Source: Nostoc sp. PCC 7120 = FACHB-418 | Lineage (GTDB): Bacteria; Cyanobacteriota; Cyanobacteriia; Cyanobacteriales; Nostocaceae | Assembly (NCBI RefSeq): GCF_000009705.1 | Contig: NC_003276.1 | Coordinates: 210,001-242,000, forward strand | Length of the DNA stretch: 32,000 bases | Reading direction: 5' to 3' | In this document: positions 8,128 to 16,045 of the stretch, one piece after another | Layout: every line of letters begins with the position of its first letter | Numbering within the stretch: position 1 is the first letter of the stretch | Made by a program: the position numbers and the translations under genes | Notes under the pieces: model-generated | Database searches by the model: none | Told to the model about the DNA's origin: nothing | The model's input: the letters and a program-made list of their open reading frames with translations, nothing else

Positions 8128-9279
8128 TTGTATTTTCAAAAACAGGTATTTAGGAAAGTTTTGAGTATGTACTATTTATTAGCAAAAACAACTGGCGGAC
8201 AACTAGCAACTGAAGCAAACAATAATGCGATTGCTGTTGCCCAAGGATTTAACGAATTGTGGGAGCGAACTATAAGCGGTGAAGTTTACAGAAATATGTG
8301 TACTATTGGCGCTTTATTCGCTGTAGCTACGTTAACATTCTTCATGATTGAATGGACAAAGAAAATGGTGGCGGGGGACGAGCAACGGGCATATACAGAT
8401 TTTATTTGGCCTTTAATAGTTGTAGTTCTACTAAGTAATAATGGAGATGTTCTAGGAAAATCAACTTTAGGAATTAGAAATTATATAAATAATGTCAACA
8501 CATTACTTCTTGGGACTACTGCTGCTGGGCTTGACTTGAGAGAAGCATACGAAAAAGCAATTGGTACTGAAGCAGCGCGTAGTGCAATTGGTGTAACTAT
8601 TAACAGGTGTAAAAATTCTTCATTGAGTCAACAAGAGCAGATAGAATGTCTGAATAAAGCAAAGCAAGACTTAAAAGAGAAATATCCAGATAAATTCGGT
8701 GCTGACGGGCTATTTTCTTGGTTTACTGATGCGATTGATGCTACCGTTGACGCTTTCAAAGATTTCAATGAAGATGTTAAAAACAAGAAAGCCAATGGAC
8801 TAGATTTAATATTCTCTCCCATCAATGGGTTTATCGGCTCTGCCATAACAGACATTATTACTATAATTTTAGTCGGAATGAATGGAGCCTATCAATGGGG
8901 AATTGAATTAACAATGTTAGTAACAGCACTTCTTGGGCCAGTGGCGGTTGGTGGTTCTTTATTACCTTACGGAGCTAAATCTATCTACACTTGGCTAATT
9001 GGCTATTTCACTGTAGGCTTCGGAAAACTTTGTTTTAATATCATTGTAGGATTTGCTGGACAATTAGTCGCTGATTCAAAAACTTATCAACCGATGTTCT
9101 TCCTTTTTACTATCGGTATAATTGCCCCATTTTTAAGTGCAGGTTTAGCGGCTGGTGGGGGAATTGCTGTCCTTACTCAAATTAATAAAGCTGCTGAAAC
9201 TTACAGTAGCATTGCTATTGAAGTTACTAAAGGTATTGTGACTAAAGGTGGTAGTTTAGTCGGGAAAATGGCTAAGTGA
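8128..9279 (+). CDS. Polytopic inner-membrane protein, VirB6/TrbL-like
   Basis: 383 aa with at least 5 hydrophobic segments and a large central soluble loop, in the operon position after the VirB5-like gene. The start is uncertain: TTG at 8128 or ATG at 8167. Confidence 0.55.
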   Translation: MYFQKQVFRKVLSMYYLLAKTTGGQLATEANNNAIAVAQGFNELWERTISGEVYRNMCTIGALFAVATLTFFMIEWTKKMVAGDEQRAYTDFIWPLIVVVLLSNNGDVLGKSTLGIRNYINNVNTLLLGTTAAGLDLREAYEKAIGTEAARSAIGVTINRCKNSSLSQQEQIECLNKAKQDLKEKYPDKFGADGLFSWFTDAIDATVDAFKDFNEDVKNKKANGLDLIFSPINGFIGSAITDIITIILVGMNGAYQWGIELTMLVTALLGPVAVGGSLLPYGAKSIYTWLIGYFTVGFGKLCFNIIVGFAGQLVADSKTYQPMFFLFTIGIIAPFLSAGLAAGGGIAVLTQINKAAETYSSIAIEVTKGIVTKGGSLVGKMAK

Positions 9280-9390
9280 GCCTAGAAAATTAACTGCTTT
9301 ACAAATACGAACTGCATAGCTTGCTTCCTTAAAGGGGTACTGCTAATTGTGAATTAATGTTACCCCTACTCTCTACAACTTGTTTCTTAT

Positions 9391-10185
9391 ATGCTGAATC
9401 TTAAAAAAGCCTCTTCTAGCAAGAAAGAGCCGTTGCAACTGCTTAGTTATAACAAATATGTCACAACTAGAGTAGGCATAATTTCTTTAGCTGGATTCTC
9501 AATGGCGGCGTTATCTCTAATTTTACAGTTTCTCAATTATGGTGCGATTTCTTCCTTAAATAAAAAACAAATAGCTCTGGTACAATTATCGTCAGGAGAT
9601 ACAATTACCGCCAGAGCAGTAGACCCAAAGCAACGGTCTGATGAAGTCATCAAAAAGTTTGTCTCAGACACATTCATCAAGATGTTTAACTGGGATGGTT
9701 TAATACAAACCTTCAACGAGAAGGGCGAACCCATCACAAAGCAGGATACTGGGATAGAAGTAGGCAGAATTGATAATAAATCTAATAGTCGAGTGGCTGA
9801 AAAAGCTTACAATGCTGCTTTTGCTTTGAGTGAAAACGGAGGATTCAGAGCCGCATTTCTGAAGAAGTTAGCATCAATCACTCCTAATGGATCATTTAAT
9901 GGAGAATCACAAGTATCTTTAATCCCTAGATTTATTTCTAACCCACGCCAAATTAGAGAAGGCAAGTGGGAGATAGATTTTATTGGGACGTTAGTAACTT
10001 TTGACCGGGAAGATAACTCTGGTCGAGGAATTGCTTTTAATAAAACCATCACAGTTTCATCAATTTCTAATCCAGAATATATCCCAGCTAATACTAGTGA
10101 ACTGTCTAAGAAAATTTATTTGGCAAGGAAAGCCGGATTAGAAATTACCGAAATTGTCGATTTAGATTTGGGTAAAAGAAAATGA
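9391..10185 (+). CDS. Bitopic membrane protein, DotI/IcmL- or VirB8-like
   Basis: One N-terminal TM segment (IISLAGFSMAALSLILQFL) followed by a periplasmic domain of about 200 aa. EVIKKFVSDTFIKMFNWDG ... GGFRAAFLKKL ... REGKWEIDFIGTLVTF resembles DotI/IcmL-type patterns from memory. Confidence 0.5.
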   Translation: MLNLKKASSSKKEPLQLLSYNKYVTTRVGIISLAGFSMAALSLILQFLNYGAISSLNKKQIALVQLSSGDTITARAVDPKQRSDEVIKKFVSDTFIKMFNWDGLIQTFNEKGEPITKQDTGIEVGRIDNKSNSRVAEKAYNAAFALSENGGFRAAFLKKLASITPNGSFNGESQVSLIPRFISNPRQIREGKWEIDFIGTLVTFDREDNSGRGIAFNKTITVSSISNPEYIPANTSELSKKIYLARKAGLEITEIVDLDLGKRK

Positions 10186-11723
10186 GTATAGACAATAATA
10201 AAAATGGTTCAGGAGCGACTTTAGAGGACTTGCTTCATATCGATGATGCTAGTAGTAAAACTAATGGAAATAAAGCGCCAGAGCTAGAAAGTTTGTTAGT
10301 GCCTACTAAGCATACATTTGTCACTTCTCCTTGGTCAAGACTGGCAATAATCGCCGTCCCTTTTGGAGTGGGATTTTTAGCTATATTTTTGATGCTCAAT
10401 GGTATTTTTAATCCCGCACCAGCGCCAAAAATTGCCGAAAAAGAGTCAGAAACAACAACTACTACTGAACAAGCCCAACAAACTGAAGAAAGCGATGGTG
10501 ATGCCCGTGCAAAACTCGCTCTGTCTGAACAAGCCAACGAGTTAGGCAGGGTCAACGACAAAAATAAACAACCAGTACAAGTGTCCAAAACCGAAAAGGT
10601 TGTACCATCCACGCCGCCGTCGCCACGTCCTGCACCTCAACCTGTTCAGACCTCACAACCACGCCTTGTACCTCGAACTGCACCACAACCGATTAGAACC
10701 TACACACCACAAACACGGACTAGTTTTTCTCCTAGACCTTCTATCTCTGCATCTGCTCGGACAGTAACGCCCATAGATCCCATCGAACAACTTAACAAAC
10801 TTCGCACCATCGGGTCTTACGGCAAAATCGCTTATGGCGAAACTAGCACTAATGACCATTCTTCATTAGACCCAGCACAAAATTTACCTAATCAACCAGA
10901 TGAGCCAACTGATTTCAATAATGTCAGCAACAATCCTGTCCTTGAAACCACACCGTCCCCTTCACCGGACTCTATTGAAAAGATCCGCCCCCGGTGGCAA
11001 GCCCAACCTCAAGCTAAGTCGGATAAATATTTAGACCAGGAAAGCCAAATCATTCAGGGAAAACAAACTCGCTACCTCACCGTTGGTACTTTTGCTAGTG
11101 GTGTTCTTGTTACACCCTTAGTTCAAGCCACAGTTAATAGCTCAGTCCAGCAACAAACACCAACCCCTGATACTAGGTCGGTCGTTAGATTAACTCAAGA
11201 TTTACGCGATAACTATGGGCAGGTGGCAATACAGACGGGAACTTTATTAGCGGTAGAACTAGTTTCGGTTGACGGCGGTAGTGTAGCGATCGCTCATGTT
11301 CGGGCGATTATCAAAGATAATACCGAGTACCCTATTTCGACTGGTGCGATATCTGTGACTGGAGAAGGTGGCAGACCTTTAATCGCCAATAAACTTCAAG
11401 ACAGGGGTGGCGAGATTGCCCGTAATGACTTGTTCGGTGGTGCTGTATCTGCATTGGGAAAAGTCGGAGAGGTGATTAATCAACCGGATAATGAAGAAGA
11501 AATTGAGGATGAATTTACGGGCAGGATTCGACGGCGCAGCAGTGGCAATCGTCGCAATATTACTGGTGCATTACTCGAAGGGTTTTTTGGTCAAGTTAGC
11601 CAGAACGTCAGCCAACGCAATCAACGTGCTACCCAAGAAATTAATTCTCGCCCAAATGCTTGGTATATCGGGGCGGGTACTAAAGTGACCATTACAGTTA
11701 ATCGCTCATTGGAGTTGCCATGA
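10182..11723 (+). CDS. VirB10/TrbI-like T4SS protein
   Basis: N-terminal TM segment (LAIIAVPFGVGFLAIFLML), a long Pro-rich linker (PSTPPSPRPAPQPVQTSQPRLVPRTAPQP) and a C-terminal domain ending GAGTKVTITVNRSLELP. ATGA overlap with the upstream gene. Confidence 0.65.
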   Translation: MSIDNNKNGSGATLEDLLHIDDASSKTNGNKAPELESLLVPTKHTFVTSPWSRLAIIAVPFGVGFLAIFLMLNGIFNPAPAPKIAEKESETTTTTEQAQQTEESDGDARAKLALSEQANELGRVNDKNKQPVQVSKTEKVVPSTPPSPRPAPQPVQTSQPRLVPRTAPQPIRTYTPQTRTSFSPRPSISASARTVTPIDPIEQLNKLRTIGSYGKIAYGETSTNDHSSLDPAQNLPNQPDEPTDFNNVSNNPVLETTPSPSPDSIEKIRPRWQAQPQAKSDKYLDQESQIIQGKQTRYLTVGTFASGVLVTPLVQATVNSSVQQQTPTPDTRSVVRLTQDLRDNYGQVAIQTGTLLAVELVSVDGGSVAIAHVRAIIKDNTEYPISTGAISVTGEGGRPLIANKLQDRGGEIARNDLFGGAVSALGKVGEVINQPDNEEEIEDEFTGRIRRRSSGNRRNITGALLEGFFGQVSQNVSQRNQRATQEINSRPNAWYIGAGTKVTITVNRSLELP

Positions 11724-12460
11724 AAAAGTTTTTGATTGGTATACCGTTGGCGATCGCCGTTGCAGTTGTGCCACTATCCACAATTGCCGCCCCTGTAGTC
11801 CGCACTATCAGGCAATCGCAAGCTAGTGGAACTACTGCCAAACTGCAAACTATCAATGTTTGGAATGGTCACGGGGTAGCAATTTCCTTCTATGAAACTG
11901 GCGAAACTATCAAAAAAGTCTGGTTGGACGACCCCTCACAAATTCTCATTGACACAGATGGTTGCTTAGAAGGACTGGATCAGAATTGTCCTAATCCCGG
12001 TGCTGGACTAATTCATCTGCGACGGATCAAAAGGGTGAATATTCCAGGGCTTCCGCAAACATCAACAACTTTACTAACAGTAGTTACACAATCATCCTCT
12101 GGTGAGCGCAAGACTTACAGTTTCAGATTGGCAACCAGTAATGGCACTCCTAAATATAGCCAGGTAGTGATTACGAGTGCTGCTCCGACTGTGGCACAAA
12201 AACCTCAATTGTCTTCACTAATCGAAACGCAAAAAATTATCAACCAAATCAGGCGAGGGATGGCGATCGCTATTAAAAATCGGCAGATGAATTACCAAGA
12301 TGAATTACATAAGCGCTTGCAAAAGTTCATTGGTCATTTACAACAAGGTGACGATATTTCTACTGCTGCAAAGGCGGCTTCTGTTTCTCAAGAATTAGTT
12401 AATAAATTAATCTCTTTGAGTAATAGTTCTCTTCATTTAACACAAGGTAATACTTTATGA
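11720..12460 (+). CDS. Secreted VirB9/TrbG-like protein
   Basis: Signal peptide MKKFLIGIPLAIAVAVVPLSTIAAP. GVAISFYETGETIKKVWLDDPSQILID and TTLLTVVTQSSSGERKTYSFRL resemble VirB9 motifs (..I..v.lGD...w ; TNL.vvT....r.Y.f.L). ATGA overlaps at both ends. Confidence 0.55.
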   Translation: MKKFLIGIPLAIAVAVVPLSTIAAPVVRTIRQSQASGTTAKLQTINVWNGHGVAISFYETGETIKKVWLDDPSQILIDTDGCLEGLDQNCPNPGAGLIHLRRIKRVNIPGLPQTSTTLLTVVTQSSSGERKTYSFRLATSNGTPKYSQVVITSAAPTVAQKPQLSSLIETQKIINQIRRGMAIAIKNRQMNYQDELHKRLQKFIGHLQQGDDISTAAKAASVSQELVNKLISLSNSSLHLTQGNTL

Positions 12461-13653
12461 AATCAAAATTTAATAATAACCTAGACTCACGTTATTTAAT
12501 CCTTTTTGGTTTACTTGGTACTTTATTTATTCATAGCTTTATTAAGTATGGGATACTTAATCAAGTAGTTGGGTCTATCATGCCGAGAGCATCTGCACAA
12601 GTCCCGGTTATTAACTCACCCAATGGATTTGTACCTGATTGGTCGCGCCTGAAATTTAGCGACATGATTATTTCTGAAGATGGTAGTGTGACCTATCCTG
12701 GTTCAAGAGGAACAGAAACTAGAAGCTGGACGGCAGGACAAAGCATTGCAGAATTTATGGAATTGGGCGATTTTGAAACCCCTCAATTAGCCATAGAAAA
12801 TCTGAACCTCTCAACTATTGCTTCAGTACAAGGAGTCAATTTAAATAGGTTAAGATTAGATGATTTTCAGTTAACAAGATGGCAAACTTTGCCAAACTTA
12901 GCCACAGCCGTTCCTGGGTTGGGTAATAGAAGTGTTGCTAGTGTGCCACCCATCCGCGATTTTGCTCGGAGATTTGGCATTAATAGCGGCACAATTGCTA
13001 ATGCTAGTCGCAATTCCAGATTGCGTAATGTTCAACTTGGGCGAGGTATTAACTTAAGAAATTACGCACTCACATCTATACCTAATATTCAGAACGCATC
13101 AATTAATCGATTTGCTAATTGGCAGGACTCGAAAATTATCGGTGTGCCTGGATTATCCACTCTTACCTGGGATAATTTACCTGGACTGCGATCGCTTGAC
13201 TTGTCATTTGTTGCAAAAGTGGATCTGCCATTGCGAGATATCGAAGCTAACCGTACTCGCTCTATCTCTGGTAGTTATCAAGAAGGTTTTAATGTTCCCT
13301 GTTTACAGAATAATTGCGCTCACATGGAGATGTCGGGGCTAGGCAAGACTACTGGTACACAGTGGATATCTGGGAAGTATCAAAAAGTTAATGGTGGATT
13401 TGGACTTTTAAAAGCTCTCAATGGTGGCAAAGAGCCTACTGGTCGAAACCCTTTTGGCTCCAGTTTTAAGCAAGTTGTTTGGAATATTTATGAAGGCAGT
13501 GGAGAAGTAGAAACTGCTATGTTCTTCCGTATTTGCAAAACCATTCCCTTCATTGGTCGCACTTGCAGTCCTTACTTTATTGGCCCTGTGCCTTTTATTG
13601 AGTACCGGGAGAAAGACCCTATCGTTCTCGGTAAACCAAATTCTCTACCTTAA
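12457..13653 (+). CDS. Secreted or membrane-anchored T4SS-associated protein of unknown function
   Basis: N-terminal hydrophobic segment LILFGLLGTLFIHSF, translationally coupled to its neighbours. Contains repeated L..VPGL(G/S) helix-hairpin-helix-like motifs and a Cys-containing C-terminal region. Confidence 0.55.
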   Translation: MKSKFNNNLDSRYLILFGLLGTLFIHSFIKYGILNQVVGSIMPRASAQVPVINSPNGFVPDWSRLKFSDMIISEDGSVTYPGSRGTETRSWTAGQSIAEFMELGDFETPQLAIENLNLSTIASVQGVNLNRLRLDDFQLTRWQTLPNLATAVPGLGNRSVASVPPIRDFARRFGINSGTIANASRNSRLRNVQLGRGINLRNYALTSIPNIQNASINRFANWQDSKIIGVPGLSTLTWDNLPGLRSLDLSFVAKVDLPLRDIEANRTRSISGSYQEGFNVPCLQNNCAHMEMSGLGKTTGTQWISGKYQKVNGGFGLLKALNGGKEPTGRNPFGSSFKQVVWNIYEGSGEVETAMFFRICKTIPFIGRTCSPYFIGPVPFIEYREKDPIVLGKPNSLP

Positions 13654-13655
13654 AT

Positions 13656-15425
13656 ATGAGCCAGTCTTTTAAAACAAATAGTGCTAAAAATCAGCAATTT
13701 AGTTTTGAGCAATTGCAAAATCCTGATAATGCAATTGGCAAGTACACTCACCACTTATTTACCCCCAATGGTTTAACAGTTCTATCCTTGCTCGGCGCTT
13801 ATATTCTCATGAGGGTATTTTTTGGCGACTCTAACAAGAAGAAGATTGCTACTTCTTATTGGGGTGGGGCCAAGGAAACGACGGCGGCTAAGAAAAAGGC
13901 GAAGAAACAAATCGCCAATCCTCAATGTGATAGTGCGGCACTTTACATTGGTAAGCATCAGGATAAAGGCGATGGCACTACTTTCTATATCCCTGATGTG
14001 CAACGGGGTACGGCTGTCATCGGCGCTCCAGGTAGTGGTAAAACATTCTCTGCCATCAACCCGATGATTTACTCGGCTATTGATCAGGGGTTTCCATGTA
14101 TAGTTTATGACTTTAAGTATCCGTCACAAGCGAGAGTTGCTGCTTATGCCAAGTACAAGGGCTATGATGTGCATATCTTTGCACCCGGATTTCCTGAATC
14201 TGAAGTTTGCAATCCTTTAGATTTCCTCAAAGACAGTAGTGATGCTGAAACTGCCCGACAAATTTCAACTGTGATCAATAAGAATTTTCGACTTTTGGGC
14301 AATTCAACTGAAGATGGGTTCTTTGGCCCTTCAGGGGATCAGCTGACTCAAGCAATACTGATGTTAGCTAAAGAGTTCGGTCAATTTGCAGATGTTATGA
14401 CTTGCGCCGCGATACTTTCAAGCGAACACATGGTCAAACGCCTCATGGCTGCTTCTCTCAATCCTTGGGTAAAAATTGCCTTTGGACAACTGTTCAGTTC
14501 TGCTGCATCTGAAAAGACTGTTGCCGGGATTGTCGCTACTGCCAGTATTATGTTTACCCGATTCATGGCGAAAAACACATTAGGCTGCTTTATCGGCAAG
14601 ACAACTTTACCTCTAGAAATTAAAGGTAAGCAAATGATTATCTTTGGGTTGGATAGAGAACGTCGGGATGCTGTAGGGCCTCTCATGACTTCAATCTTAC
14701 ACATGACCATCGCCCGTAACATTGCCAAAAAACGAAAAGACCCACTCATCGTTGCACTGGACGAATTACCCTCAATTTATTTACCTGACTTATATCGGTG
14801 GCTCAACGAATCCCGTTCTGAGGGCTTCTGTGGTATTATCGGCTTCCAAAATATGGGTCAGCTTGAGAAGAATTATGGTAAAGAAGTTGCCAAGGCTATC
14901 CTTGGTGCTTGCAGTTCTAAATTCATTTTTAATCCTGGTGAAAATGAATCAGCGCAATTATTCTCTAGCTTTTTGGGTGATGAAGAAATTAAGTATAAAC
15001 AGAAAAGCCGTTCTAGTGGTAGTAAAAATAATAGCACCTCTATTAGTGACCAAGAAAAAACTAGAAGGCTTTTTGAATCGGCGCAATTTCTCAAACTTAT
15101 TGCTGGTAAATGTGTTTTCATTAATCCGGCATACGCTAATAAAAATGAGGGTTCTGTTCCACTGCTAAAGACTATTAAGATATCTGTGCCTCTCAAAAAT
15201 ATTGATAAATATAATCAACTTAAATGGGTGAGAATCGTTAGTTTAGCAGCTAGGAAGAGTACGCAGAAATTTCCTTCTCAGCAAGATTTAGCTTTACGGA
15301 TGAATCTTGTTGAATCTCGCTTCCCCATTCCCGAAAACCCTCAAGCTATTTCTCCTAATCCTGCTCTGACAGCAAAAGATGTTCATGGCATGGTCAACAC
15401 AGTTCATCCTGATAGTGGGTTGTAA
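13656..15425 (+). CDS. virD4: Type IV coupling protein (VirD4/TraG family)
   Basis: N-terminal TM segment, Walker A GAPGSGKT (nt 14022-14045), Walker B-like IVALDELPS, and GFQNMGQLEKNYGKE, which is typical of the TraG/VirD4 Q..QL...YG motif. Confidence 0.88.
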   Translation: MSQSFKTNSAKNQQFSFEQLQNPDNAIGKYTHHLFTPNGLTVLSLLGAYILMRVFFGDSNKKKIATSYWGGAKETTAAKKKAKKQIANPQCDSAALYIGKHQDKGDGTTFYIPDVQRGTAVIGAPGSGKTFSAINPMIYSAIDQGFPCIVYDFKYPSQARVAAYAKYKGYDVHIFAPGFPESEVCNPLDFLKDSSDAETARQISTVINKNFRLLGNSTEDGFFGPSGDQLTQAILMLAKEFGQFADVMTCAAILSSEHMVKRLMAASLNPWVKIAFGQLFSSAASEKTVAGIVATASIMFTRFMAKNTLGCFIGKTTLPLEIKGKQMIIFGLDRERRDAVGPLMTSILHMTIARNIAKKRKDPLIVALDELPSIYLPDLYRWLNESRSEGFCGIIGFQNMGQLEKNYGKEVAKAILGACSSKFIFNPGENESAQLFSSFLGDEEIKYKQKSRSSGSKNNSTSISDQEKTRRLFESAQFLKLIAGKCVFINPAYANKNEGSVPLLKTIKISVPLKNIDKYNQLKWVRIVSLAARKSTQKFPSQQDLALRMNLVESRFPIPENPQAISPNPALTAKDVHGMVNTVHPDSGL

Positions 15426-15430
15426 TAATT

Positions 15431-15922
15431 ATGAAAATGACTATTGAAGAATTAAAGATTGATAATTTTGATGTGATTGAAATATTATCCCAAAACCATG
15501 TTTTAGCAAATGGGAGCTTTATTGATATTAATCTGCCTCCTTTGAAAATTATTCAAGAATTTCATACTTTATCTGAAGCTCGACCAAAAATTAAAAATTT
15601 GGGCATCTATACTCTCATCAGTCTAAAAAATGTTTATATTCACCTGAATCAAGAATCTTGCTGGAAAATTGTTAGTCAATATATTTATGGTATTGGTTGG
15701 CATGATTTACAATATATTTGCTTTTTAGATATTCAAAATAGCAATATCAATATACATATTATTTTTAATCGTGTTACACCAGAAGGTAAGCTCATCGACA
15801 TTAAATGCGTCGGGGCTAACTGGCAGCAATATGAGATCCTGCGTCAATCTTGTTCTCTTGTCATCGATAACCCTGTTCATAACAAATATTTGCAAAGACG
15901 ATTTTGTAACTGTTGTCCTTAA
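15431..15922 (+). CDS. Small relaxase-fold (MobA/VirD2-like) protein with degenerate catalytic motifs
   Basis: IYTLISL ... WHDLQYICFLDIQNSNINIHIIFNRVTPEGK (nt 15743-15790 for NINIH..GK) parallels relaxase motifs II-III (h.i.Sf ... HtDtd..H.HivinRv.p.tGk). Only one of the three His is retained, there is no Tyr in the first 59 aa, and the protein is only 163 aa. Confidence 0.45.
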   Translation: MKMTIEELKIDNFDVIEILSQNHVLANGSFIDINLPPLKIIQEFHTLSEARPKIKNLGIYTLISLKNVYIHLNQESCWKIVSQYIYGIGWHDLQYICFLDIQNSNINIHIIFNRVTPEGKLIDIKCVGANWQQYEILRQSCSLVIDNPVHNKYLQRRFCNCCP

Positions 15923-15924
15923 AT

Positions 15925-15991
15925 CAGTTATCAGTTATCAGTGAACAGTGACCAGTTACGAGTTCTGCTCACTGGTCACTGTTCACTGTTA
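15925..15991. repeat. STRR-like heptamer array forming a perfect 18-bp hairpin
   Basis: CAGTTAT CAGTTAT CAGTGAA CAGTGAC CAGTTAC (15925-15959). The inverted units ACTGGTC ACTGTTC ACTGTTA lie at 15971-15991. The stem is 15939-15956 paired with 15971-15988, with a 14-nt loop. Confidence 0.85.
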
Positions 15992-16045
15992 AATCTACAA
16001 TTGCTTGACCCTTCAACCTTTTACCATGCCTAAACCTTAATAAAT

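Noticed and set aside
15939-15988. Calling the 18-bp hairpin a canonical Rho-independent terminator
   Set aside because: No U-tract follows the stem on the plus strand (TTAAATCTAC). I keep it as a structured repeat with open function (oriT, processing site or non-canonical terminator).
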